Assembly (NCBI GenBank): GCA_043228905.1
Contig: JBHGNT010000016.1
Coordinates: 15,748,001-15,812,000, forward strand
Direction: 5' to 3'
Source of the DNA: Azolla caroliniana
Lineage: Eukaryota > Plantae > Polypodiophyta
DNA: 64,000 nt
Shown piece by piece: positions 48,672-60,600 of the stretch. The translations under genes and the position numbers were made by a program. The notes beneath the pieces are model-generated. The model was given only the letters and a program-made list of their open reading frames with translations, was not told the origin of the DNA and searched no databases. Position 1 is the first letter of the stretch. Every line of letters starts with the position of its first letter.

Positions 48672-50510
48672 AGCTATGGCTTATGAGAGGGAGAGCTATG
48701 AGGATGGGAAGGTGAAAAAACTGTCACGGATCATAAACTCAAGAGACAAGCAAGAAGATAACCAAATGGACAAGAAAGAAGATAGTATTAAAGGAAAGAC
48801 TCCATAACTGGTGTTGTTCACCTTGAATTCCTTCAAGGTGAACTCTTCTATTTATACTACATGGCATGCATACTTGTTGCACGCATGTGAATCTACAATA
48901 GAGCATGTAGGTATGCATGCATGTGCCAAGTGTAAATACAAGGGAGCAACTATGCACATGATGCTAGCAAAATAATAAGGACCAATTACATACATAACTA
49001 GTACTAGATATCATGGTTAACTCATAATACTAGATTATAACATGGTCGTGTCAAGAGTTTGAATCTTGACATGGCCCAATAAAATTTCGGCATATGCTTC
49101 TCTTCTAGCATTCCCCTGACCACATCTTCGATTGTCTGATTCTTCTGCTCGGCCACGCTGTTCTACTGCGGCGTGTATCTACACGAGAATTCGCGTCGAA
49201 TTCCCTCCTTTTGTAGGTAACTTGTGAATTGGTCGGAGAAGTACTCCTTCCCGCCATCGAACCGTAGGCATTTGATATTACGCCATGTTTCCCTTTCCGC
49301 AAGGTTCTTCAACTTTAGGAAACATGCAAAGACTTCGCTCTTCTTCGCAATCATGCATGCCCAAGTGTGCCGCATGAAGTCATCGATGAAGGTTACAAAG
49401 TAACGGCTTCCTCCGATGCTCACATTCTGTGCCGGTCCCCACACATCCAAATGGATGAGATCCAATGGATTTCGACTACGATTACGCTCATTGGGGAATG
49501 GAAGTCGGTGCTATTGAGAATCGTTTCGTAAAACCACGAGAACACACGATGCTGAAAATACACAACATAGGCACACAATGACACAGTACACAGAAATTTA
49601 CGTGGAAACCCTAAAACAAGGAAAAACTACGGGAGAGCAAAAAAAAACCTTCACTATAAAGTGGATGTACAAGACAGATATTACAACACTCCTTCCTAGT
49701 GTATCTCCCACTCAGGGTTCTTGGCATCTGCTGTGTCTGCTGTTACGCACACAACTATGGCGCTGCTCTCTCTTTTCTCTCTCTCTCTCTTCGTCTCTCA
49801 CGTCTCTCTTACACACACTTCTGTTGTTGTCACATTACTATGTTTGCCTAGATGTATTTATACTGATACATCATATGGACTATTTACAATTGTAGCCATT
49901 GCTACATATCATTACCATTATTATTACTATAATAATAATAGTAATCAATCTGTTTAAACAATCAACTCTCTGTTGTCGGCTCTTCGACTGTCGGCTATTG
50001 ACTATCGGCCATCGATTGTCGGCTACTTCCGAACAGTCAGTTCCTTCGACTCTTCGACTGTCGGCTACTTCCGAATAGTCGATTCCTCCCACTAGAGGGA
50101 CATATCCCCAACAATCTCTGTTGTCTGTTTGGCCGGACTAGCCTCAACACAGGTGTCTATCCGACACTTCTCCAAAGGGGTGGTAAGGATTGGATGCTAG
50201 GTTACACGCATAAGATGATTACAATTAAGCACGGACGGCAAACAATACGAGACACAGATAAATACGCAATAATTACTATTGTATTACTTCCGTCAAAACA
50301 CTTTACAAATCATCGGATCCTTTTATAGGCATCCGGCAAGGTTACAATCGGTGCGCTTAGGCAACCGACATCCGAATCGGTTCGGATCCGGATCGGTACA
50401 ACTGTACCGAATCCGTCCCTCCGAATAATAATTCTACTATTATTTACTTCCTATTATCCGATCCGATTCCGCCTTCCCACTTGTCCTTGCTCTTCTGACC
50501 GGCCAACACA

Positions 50511-50550
50511 TGGCACGCCCGTGGGAAAGTGCCTTGCACTTCGAATCCAC
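50511..50550 (-). other. tRNA-3'-half-like sequence ending in CCA at the PPT position of element C
   Basis: Element strand reads GTGGATTCGA-AGTGCAAGGCACT-TTCCCACGGGCGTGCCA, then TG, then the 3' LTR. Confidence 0.8.
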
Positions 50551-50558
50551 TCCCGGCC

Positions 50559-53500
50559 TCAGTCTTCCTCCAAAATATCGAGCACACTCTGCTCGATGGT
50601 GTCAAGTGGTGCTTCTTCCTCCTGTTCCTGTTCCTTGCCTGCCTGGTCTCCGACCTCCGGTTGGATGGGCTGTTCTGTAAAACTTTGCTGCTCCGGCTCT
50701 GCTTGATTTTGTGGTGCCGGTGCTTCCTCACCTCTTCGTCCAGGTTGTTCCTGTTCTCCCTCCGTTCCTGGCTCTGTTCTGTTACCAGTGTCGCTTTCTC
50801 CGGTCTCGACTGGTCGACTCGATATGCCTCCTTCCTCTGCTCTGGTGTCTTCCGGTCTCAGCTCTTCTTCTTCTCCGGCATCGGTCCGCTCCTGCTCTTC
50901 TTCAAGTTCGTCTTCGGGTATTCCTCGTCGGGGTTGTTCGGTGTCGGTTGGTTCATCTTCAGCCGGTCGCGTTCCCTCACCAATAGTGGTTGGCGTCGTT
51001 CTTCCCTTAGCTTCCTGTCGTAACCGGTCCTGCTCGTATCTCTCCAACTCCAACTGAGTTGCGAGCTGCCCGTCATCCAACCTCTCTACCAACCCTCGGA
51101 TTTCTTCTTCCTCGGTCCGAATATCTTCAGCAGCGTCTGTCGGTGTCGGTTCCTCATTTTGTCGGATTTCCGGGTTTCGCTTGAACGGGTTGGCTGGCAT
51201 ATTTCCTTTATACGGCTTTAGCCGAAACCCATTTGCCCACTTGCCGATGACATCTCCAGACAACGTGCCGAGCTGATACGACCCATTGTACTCCTTGGTG
51301 ATCCAGAACTGTCCGGTCCATCGAAACCGCAACTTTCCCGGCATGTTCCCCATCCTTGTCTAGAATAGTAGCACCGGTTTCCCGACTTCGAACTCCTTTT
51401 CATTGCCACGCCGGTGTCGGTCCACGAAGGCTTTTCTCCTCCTTTGCTCCAGTTCGAGTTGTAGTAAGCTGGCTATTCGGTTTTCCTCTAATTCCAACAG
51501 CGTTGCCAGCCGGATTCGTTCGGACTCGTTCTCACTTAAGCGCTCCTTCACCTGAACCCGTAAGCTGGGGATCTGGAACTCTACCGTCATGACCGCTTCT
51601 AACCCGAATGCTAGTCGGAACGGGGTTGTCCGGATGCTGGTTTTGTACGTTGTTCGGTACGCCCATAGTGCGCTTTGCAATTTCGTATCCCAGTCGGTCC
51701 GGTTCTCGTTGACGATTTTTCGTAGGATGTTCTGCAGAGTTTTGTTCGTTGATTCCGCTAGTCCATTGGCTTGAGAGTAGTAGGGTGTACTCTTTTTATG
51801 TACCACCGCGTAAAATGACGTCAGGCTTTCTACTACCTGCCCGAGAAAATGTCCTCCTTGGTCACTTATAAGCTCGATCGGGCATCCATACCGGCACCAT
51901 ATGCATTCGTACAGAAACTTTGCCGTGGACGTGGCCGTGTTGTCCCGTAAGGCCTTTGCTTCTACCCATTTGGTGCAATAGTCGGTCGCCACTATGACAT
52001 ACCGATTTCCGGTTCGCATTGCCGGTGGTTTGAAGGGACCGACAAAGTCCAACCCCCACTTTTGAAACGGTTCTAAGGGCAAGACCGGGTGGTGTGGCAT
52101 CCGGGCCTGCTCTGTGGGTTGGCCCAGTCGTTGACACAAATCGCATTCTCTGCTATACTTCACGGCATCTTTTAGGGTGGTCGGCCACCACAGTTCGCTC
52201 TGCCATATTTTCCGAGCGGTTGCGTCGCCGGCATAATGCCCGCCGGCAATTCCACAGTGGGCTTCCCTGAGGATTAGATCCTTCTCATCACTCCGCACTG
52301 CTCGTCTCCAGATGCCATCTGCCCCCTTGTGATAGAGGGTGTCTCCAACCAAGCAGAAATGTCTACTTCTTACTGCTACCCTTTTCCTTTCATCGCGGTC
52401 CATGTTCTCCGGGGGAACTCCGGTGCTCAGGAACTGGTGCATCTCAGTTAGCCATGTGTCTTCGTCGGCTACCGTTGTATCCGTTGCCGGTTTCGTCGTG
52501 ATCCGGAACAATTCGGCGTCGGGAAACTCATCCTGGACGCCGTCCCCTGCTTCTCCGGATTCGAGTCTGCTTAGATAGTCCGCTACCGCATGCTGCGCCC
52601 CGGGTCGGTGGAAAATGTCGAATTCAAATTCCTGTAGTAGCAGTGTCCACCGTGCAATTTTTCCCGTCAGGGATGCCTTCGAGACCAGGTAGAGTAGTGC
52701 CGAATGGTCGACATGGAAGGAAAACTTCCTTCCGAGCAGATAGTGCCTGTACTTTGTGACACTATACACCATTCCCAATGCCTCGCGTTCCGTCGTAGAG
52801 TAATTCCGTTCGGCTTTTGAGAGTTTCCGGCTTGCGTAGTACACCGGTCGGTACCATTTCGGCTCTGTGAGTTGCATCAGAATGCTGCCGATTGCTACGT
52901 CCGACGCGTCGACGAAGACGTGAAAGCTTTTACTCCAATCCGGCGGTTGCACCACCGGAGCTTGCGACAGCATAACCTTCAACGCTTTGTAGGATTCCTC
53001 CTTCGTCTCTGCCCATAGGAAGGGTACCCTATGTACGGCGGCATGTAACGGTGTAGCGAAGTCCGCGAGGTGCCGTATCATCCGGCTATGCCACCTTATT
53101 TGGCCCAGGAACCGACTAAAAGCCTTTGTGTTACTTGGTGCTGGTGCATCGAGAATCGCCTTGACTTTATCCGGATCTACCGCGATTCCTTCCTTACTCA
53201 CCACGTGCCCTAGCAAGTTGCCGCTTGCCACTCCAAAGACGCATTTGGCCAGATTCAGGCTCAATCGGTACTCGCGGCACTTCTCCAAGCACAGCCGGAG
53301 GTGATCGAGATGCTCTCCGTGCCGGCTGTAGACCGCGAAATCGTCAAGGAAGACCTGCATAAAACCGGGGATATATTCCCCGAAAATTTCCATTATTATC
53401 CTTTGAAAGGTCGCTGGAGCCGTCTTTAGTCCGAACATCATCACGACCGCGACGAACACTCCCCATTCCGTCACGAACGCTGTCTTCTCTTGGTCGGCCG

Positions 53501-56500
53501 GGTTCATTCGTATTTGGTTGTAGCCGCTAAATCCATCCAGGAAGCTGTAAACTTCGTGCCCGGCTACCGCATCTAACACCCCGTCCGTAAATGGTAGTGG
53601 AAACGCATCGGTCACTGTTGCGGCATTTAGTTTTCGGTAGTCCACGCATACCCGGATTTTGCCGTTCTTTTTCGGGACCACCACTATCGGACTTAGCCAG
53701 GTTGCCTGCTTGACCGGTCGGATAAATCCGACCCGGAGGAGCTTATCAATTTCCTCCTTCACCTTTGCCGCATAATTCGGATTCATCCGGTACCTGCGGT
53801 TAGCAATCGGTTTCGCGTCCGTACTTAGGTGAATTTGGTGCTGATAGAGCTGGGGGTCCAGCCCTCGCATGTCTTCGTACGACCACGCGAACACATCCTT
53901 GAAGTCTGTTAACAATGCTACCATTGCCTTCTTTTCTTCCCTCGGCAATTCCTTTGCAACATTTACTGGTCGGGGCTTGTCTGTTGTGCCGAGGTCCACC
54001 TCCTCGAGTTGGGATGCTTTTACCCTCTGGGATATCGTCATTTCCCTCTCTAGGGATTCCTGCGCTTGTCGCAGTTCCCGGATCGCCGCTTGGTCCGGTT
54101 CTTCCGGCATCGTAATGTACGGTTCTACTGCCGCCGTGATATCCACCTCAAATAGTGGGACGATTTGTGGGTGTTCCTCGAGGTACCGCTCGACTTCCTC
54201 GTCCGGTAATCCCTCCAACATGTTAATGCTTTCCGCATACAATGGAGTTGCTTCCTTACTGGTGATCACCCGTGGTTGCGTCGTTACTCGTACCTTTGTT
54301 TTCCCTCGCCGGAATGTGATCATGTTCTTTTGCCAGTTCTGCTTGATATGCGTCGTTCGTAGCCATGGTCGTCCTAGCAGTAGGGGGTACGTGCCTTGTA
54401 CATTCAGCTGCAGCACCACGGCCGATATCCGGAATACGTGGCCTCCGATCGTTATTTCCAAGTCCCGGATAAGTCCGGTCGGTCGGACTGAGCTAGTATC
54501 CGCCATGCGTAACCAGAAGGGGCATGGTTCCCATTCCCGGATGCCCAGGTCGTTGCATGTCTGTTGGCTGATGACATTTACCCCGGAGCCTCCGTCAATA
54601 ATCGTTCCAGCAATTTCCTTTCCTTTCACGATTGCCGTGATCGCCGGGCTACTTGTATCGACCACCGCTGGTCCTTCCTCCGGGTTGGAGAAGAATGCCG
54701 GTGCTGGCGTCGGCTTCGGTTTGCTGACGGATGCCTGTAGGTCTGCCGTAAATCGTGGCACTAACTGTAGTAGTCGTGCTAACGGCAACACGATTTGACA
54801 GTCCTGTAGCGCTTGCCACGTCGGGTTTTCTCCTGGCTATATGATTTCTTCGTCTTTTGGCATATTTTGGTCTCTTACTTCTGCCGCATTCTGTTCATTG
54901 GCCTCCTTGATCCATTGTGTCGCTTGTTTTCTGATTGCCTCCTGGGCTTCCCACTCAGCGGTCTTTCCCTTTGACCGGGTTGTGACCTGCTGTACCTCTG
55001 TTATTTCGGCTGTAACCATGTTGACTTCCGGCTGCTTGTCATAGCTTTTGCTTGGGCATTGGTTACTATAGTGGCCTTCCTTGCGGCAGTAATAACAGTA
55101 CACCTTGTGACTGTTGCTCGTTTCTGCTTTGTCCCCGGTTTGGAGGGTGGGTATGCTCCAGCGGTCGTCTTCAGTTTTTCGGTTATCCGGTACCGATACC
55201 GGGTTGTCATTCCTTGCTGCCTCCCGACGTTCCTCTCTTCGGAAAAATCCACGCTTCTGATTCCGTCGGAAATTTCGGTTCCCTTGTCGCCTCTCTTCTC
55301 TGCGTCGGTCGTATTCCGGGGCTTCGTTTCGGTCATACCGGTCCCGGGGGTAGCTATCTTTGTGTCTCTCCTCTCGGTCATAGTTGTCACATCTTGTATC
55401 AGCGTATCCTTGTCGCCTCTCTTATCTGCGTCGGTCGTTTTCCGGGGATTCGTCTCTGTCGTACCGGTCCCGGGGGTAGCTATCTCTGCGTCTCTCCTCT
55501 CGGTCATAGTTGTCGCGTCTTCTATCAGCGTATCTGTTACCGCGTTCGCGTTGGTAGCGGTCGTCTCTCCGGAATCGATCCTCGTCCGGGTTCTGATTGC
55601 GCGGTTCTATGTGTCGAACCGGTGCTGCCTGCCGATTTAACAGGTTATATTCGCATCGGTCCGTTGTATGGGCTCGAGAGTTGCAGATCACACATTGTGT
55701 CCGCAGGGTGCAGTCCACTGTTGAGTGCCCCGAATTTAGGCATGTTGTGCATTGTAAGGCCTGTCGGAACCTCAGGTCTTCCTCCTTTGGGAGTGCCTGG
55801 TGTAACATCCCCATCGACAAGAAGGGGCTAGTCTTGTCCATTTCTAAAACCCGATCAATAACTTGGTCCATTGTGCTGGTTTGGAAATCAAGGACTCCGC
55901 ACATTGTTCGAAGTGGCTCTTTCAGTGCGGCCAGAAAGACTGCTTTGGCTTCGTCTTCGGGTGGTGCTCTTGTCAGTTGGCTGTGCAGGGTCTGGAACCG
56001 AATGATGAATTGTGGCATAGTCTCGTTCTCTTCCTGCCGGGTGGTGTAGAACTGCCCGACCAATTCCCTTTGCTCAAATTGTCTGTGAAAAAACCTGAGG
56101 AATCTGGCCTTCAAGGCATCGAATGTGGCAAAGGTGCCTGGTAAGTGCTTTGCGTGCCATTGGGCCGCCGGTCCTTCTAAGGTTATGCCAAATTCGGCGA
56201 TTTTGGATCGTTCGGCTTCGGGCTCCGTCAGTCTTTGGGAGACATGGTTGGCTTCCCATGTTTGGAGGAATGCGTACACGTGTGCCTCCGCGTCGGCCTC
56301 ATCCCGGTACTTCGGGTATGGGTACGGCATCGTGTCGTCCAACTGACTCTCCTGTTTCCTCCGCTCTCTGTCCGCTGTTGGCGTTGGTGTGAGAACCTTT
56401 GGTTCCTCCGCGGGTGTTGCCGGTGTCCGGTCCGTTGGTTCCTCCGCGGGTGTTGTCGGTATCCGCTCAGCCTTCCTCGGCGGTTGCCGGTCACCGAATT

Positions 56501-56987
56501 CCAGGGTTATTTCTTCCTCTGGCGCCGGTGTTACTGAGTCGTCCGACCCCTCGTCCTCCCGGTCGTTTGGTGTGTCGTGGCTGCTTTTATACCGGGATGC
56601 AACGCTTCCGTCGCTTTCCGACTCCGCCTCAAGTGTTGTGAATGCTTCTGAGTCCCCGTCGCCCGCGGCGAGCGTCTGCAGTATCGTTTCCGCCTCTTGC
56701 AGGCTTGTTATGCTATTGCCTTCGTCGGGGATTTGCAGAACCCGGAACTGTAGTGCTTCTTCTGCGACTCTCCGAAGAGTTTTGGAGAATGACCGATCCC
56801 GCCGGATCTCGTCGACGGCTTGCTGCAGGGCTTCCCGTCGTTGCTCGCGTTCGGTGTATCGTCTCCCTCGTTCGGTGATGTGGTCGTCGTTTGGTCTAGA
56901 CTTCCATCCCCCGGTTGTCCTCTGCACTTTGCAGGAATCGTGGTCGCCAAAATAGTGTTGTCTGTCTGGCCGGACTAGCCTCAACAC
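50559..56987 (-). pseudogene. Single-frame gag-pol of element C (~2140 codons, three point stops at 55422, 54837 and 51360) with an acidic C-terminal extension
   Basis: ORF-track pieces 55422-56987, 54837-55103, 51360-54791 and 50559-51353 share one frame. Same domain motifs as A. Confidence 0.93.
55282..55533 (-). repeat. 126-bp in-frame tandem duplication in the Arg/Asp-rich gag linker of C
   Basis: CCTTGTCGCCTCTCTT... at 55282 and 55408. Confidence 0.9.
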
Positions 56988-57663
56988 AGGTGTCTATCCG
57001 ACACTTCTCCAAAGGGTTGGTAAGGATTGGATGCTAGGTTACACGCATAAGATGATTACAATTAAGCACGGACGGCAAACAATACGAGACACAGATAAAT
57101 ACGCAATAATTACTATTGTATTACTTCCGTCAAAACACTTTACAAATCATCGGATCCTTTTATAGGCATCCGGCAAGGTTACAATCGGTGCGCTTAGGCA
57201 ACCGACATCCGAATCGGTTCGGATCCGGATCGGTACAACTGTACCGAATCCGTCCCTCCGAATAATAATTCTACTATTATTTACTTCCTATTATCCGATC
57301 TGATTCCGCCTTCCCACTTGTCCTTGCTCTTCAGACCGGCCAACAATCTCTCCCTCTACTCCTGTGGGAGGGAGTCAGTCAATCCTGTCTTCTGTCGACA
57401 GACTCTAAGTCTGTCCATAGGTAGGTTCTTCGTGAGCATGTCAAATCCATTGTTATCCGTGTGGATCTTCACAAGTGTAAACTCTCCTTTGGCTTTCTCC
57501 CGCAACCAGTGATACCTTCTCTGTATGTGCTTGGTCTGGGAGTGATATGCAGCATTCTTGGCAAGATGTATGGCACTCTGGCTGTCACAGTGAAGCAAGA
57601 ACTCCCTCTGCTTCATCCCTAGCTCGTTGAGAAAATTTGTCATCTAGATCAACTCTTTGCCGG

Positions 57664-60600
57664 TTGACTCCTAACTTAGAGGTGCAAGGTTCGAATCCTT
57701 ACTTGCCCTCCTTGTATATGTATATATATTTATATATTTATTTATCTAGTCGCCGGACGCCGGATGCCGTCGCCTCGCCTCGCCGGATGCTGCTGGTTAC
57801 CGGTGGCTGCTGCCTCGCCAGTTGCCGCCGGATGCCGTCACCTCATCAATGCCGGATGTCGCCGGTTACTGGTGGCCGCCGCCTCGCCGGTTGCCGCCGG
57901 ATGTCGGTTCCGCCGGATCACCGGCTCCATCGCCGGTCCGGTTTTGGTTGGCAAAAACCTTTACGAATAGCTAGGCCACCTCCCCTGTTAGTTCAAGTTA
58001 CCTTGAAATCTCTATGCTTCACATATAGACACAAAAATAATAGCTTTTGCTCTACCTTATATATGATGAGAGCCGTATTTGTCGTGCCTATGTGGGATAT
58101 CTCACAGTTTTCTCTTTTCCTTTAACAAACTTTATACCCTCATATCTTGACTTTTGCCCGTTTCTCGTGTAATAAAGTGCATTCGAAAGCTCTTGAAGAC
58201 CTCCATCATTTTGTACTTAGATATTAAACTTATTTAAAATTTTATATTCACTATTATTGTTTTATGTGATTCATACTTGATTCTGTATGTTTTATGTGAT
58301 TTTCACACCATTGCCGAAAATCTTCACGACATCCACCCCCACCAAACTGCACGTCCTCCGATACGTGCCAAGAAGAGAGAAAGTGAGATTTCGGCTACGG
58401 TGATCAATCAGATTCCTCCATGTCTTCATTTACATCTGCACTATTATGTTCATCGTCGAGGTGATCGAGGTCAGGATCCTTGTCTTGTCTTTTCTTGAAA
58501 ATCTTCACTCTTTTTCCCGCAATGGGTACGACCAAACTTGATCCGTCTAGCTCTGCAAGGTCGTATGTGGCATTATCGTTGGCACTTGTCACCACATACG
58601 ACCCGAACCATCTTCTAGAGAACTTTCTTGTTGTACTGTATTGATTGTCAAGGCTGCTGTCGTAAACCAAAACCCAATCTCCTTCTTCAATGTTCTTGGG
58701 ACGAAGTCGATGTGTGTTGTCGAACTGAACTTTGTTCTTTACTCGGGCTGCCTCCATCATCTTTCGCGCTTTTTCTAGATCTTCAGGTCTTCTTTCAAGT
58801 TGCCTTATCCGCGCCGCTAATAACTCTTCTCGGTTCATATCGTTCTCCCACGATATCGCTACCCATGAGGTGATCGTCCTTTCGATGGGCATTACCGGCT
58901 TTTGTCCATACATAAGCTCCGTCGGCATATACCCTGTCACCAAGTTGTGTTGTTCTGTCGGCCCACAAGGCATAGGGTAATAGTCGTGGCCAATTCCCGA
59001 CTCAACCGTTGCATGCCCATACGATGGCTTTGACAATAGGTCTATGCCCTCGCTCGATCTTCCCATTTGCTTCCGGATTGTAGGCAATCGTGAGGGAGAG
59101 CTTCACGCCTAGTCGTTCGAAGAGCTCCGTCACTTCGTGTGCATCCAACTCCCCTCGGTCGGCCACTATCTTCCCCACACATCTGTATCGGCAAACAACC
59201 TCTTCAAGTAGAAATTTGCAAACGGCTGAAGTCGTCTTATTTGTCAAGGCTCATCCTTCCACTTGATTTGTCAAGTCTTCCCTTGCCAACACTAATTACT
59301 TCATTTGTCCCATTCGCATTGGCATCGAGACCAGATCCACCATCCATTTGAAGTGTATGGTGAGTGGGTATGTCAACTGTAACTCATCACGATGACGTAT
59401 ATTTGAATATATTTGGCAAGTTTTGCATGTGGACATGAAATGGATTACATCTTTGTACATGCTTAGCCACCAATACTTCTCCTTCAACTTTTCGAACGTC
59501 GCCCATGTTCCTCTATGACCTGCCCAAGCACTCTCGTGGAATTCGGTCATCGGCGTCTCTTGTTCTTCTTTCTTCACCACCACTTGACGTGGTATTCCTG
59601 TCCTTCTTTTTGGATGTTGCCAAAGGAATCCTCCCTTCAAGAAGTATCGGTAAGCTTTCTTCCGGATTCGTAGGGCCTCCTCCTTTGTCAACGAAGCATC
59701 TGTCGTCAATGTTCTTAGGAATCTACCGACGAGTAACCACTCTCCTTCATACTCATTCTCGTTGAAGGCGTGGAGGGTTTGCGTGTCCTGGTCTTTCGCC
59801 GACAATCGAGCCATCTTGAAGAAGTTGAGGGCGACATCTTCATCTTCCGAAACCATGTCACTTCCATTTTCAAATCTTGCCCTCGATAGCATGTCAGCCA
59901 TGGCGTTCTTCTGCCCTGCAATGTGACGGATCTCTAGGTTTAAAGACATGATGTAGGCGATCCACCTTAGCATAGCAAGATCTGGGGTCGCACATCTCGA
60001 GACCATTCCGAGAATTGGGAGACAATCTGTCTCTATTATCACTTCCAACCCGATCAGGTAATCTTTGTCCGTCTTCACTACCAACACAATACCCCAAAGT
60101 TCCCGCTTGACTTGGGCATATCTTTGTTGCCATTCGCTGAGAATCTTTGCTCCGAACCGGACGACATATCGCGCATTATCTTCTCCTTCTTGATTGATGA
60201 CTGACCCGATTCTAGTTGGGCTCGTATCTACAGTCACGTAAATCGGCTTCCCTTCGGCATAGTCGGCTTTCCTTAGTGCCAGAGCTTCAAGAGCAGTTTC
60301 TTCAATCTTTGCATCGCATTTGTGTGCTCATCTCACCATTCGAACTTCATTCTTTTCTTTAGTAGTCCATATAACGGTTCGACGACATGAGCGTAGTGCG
60401 GAATCCAGATATGATAAAATGGCATGCCCAAGGAACCTTCTAACCTCCGTTTGGTTTTCGCATTCTTCTTTCATGTCTTGGATCGTGTTCACTTTGTATG
60501 GCGAAGGCTTCCGGCTGTATGCCCCACACAAGTGACCTACCACCAAGATCTCTGGTTGCCCGAATGCGGATTTTTCTCCCGAAAATGTCAAATTCGCATC

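Larger units (their letters stand above)
43754..49071 (-). mobile_element. Full-length chromovirus (Tcn1/Tf1-sushi-like Gypsy)
   Basis: LTRs at 43754-44106 and 48722-49071 (TGTCA...TGACA). TSD CGGCC/TGGCC. PPT at 44111-44120. gag 48671-47658; pol 47680-44140 with chromodomain. No TGG-type PBS. Confidence 0.95.
40483..49511 (-). mobile_element. Ty1/Copia element D (E-related): 3' LTR 40483-40895, PPT 40896-40903, RH-RT-INT; interrupted by the chromovirus and cut at 49511 by Copia F
   Basis: LTR homologous to 33117-33539 in reverse. ALSSTEAKY/KHIEVHYHFVRE, LLYVDDL, FYWAEAVRT (split at 43753/49077), IHLDVWG. Confidence 0.9.
50119..57345 (-). mobile_element. Full-length non-chromovirus Gypsy element C (relative of A, lacking the separate ORF3)
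   Basis: 390-bp LTRs at 50119-50508 and 56956-57345 (about 4 differences). Perfect TSD ATCTC (50114-50118, 57346-57350). PBS TGGCGACCAC at 56940-56949. TATA at 57158-57164. Confidence 0.96.
49512..57663 (-). mobile_element. Copia F (same family as G): 3' LTR 49512-50113 and RNase H end 57351-57663, separated by Gypsy element C
   Basis: LTR homologous to 13102-13548/25049-25140. 57351-57663 matches 25146-25465 (HCDSQSAIHLAKN, KHIQRRYHWLRE). Confidence 0.85.

Noticed and set aside
53869-54798. 309-aa and other long antisense ORFs over Gypsy/Copia pol (also 34802-35434, 55052-55831)
   Set aside because: These are shadow frames of GC-balanced coding strands with no motifs of their own.
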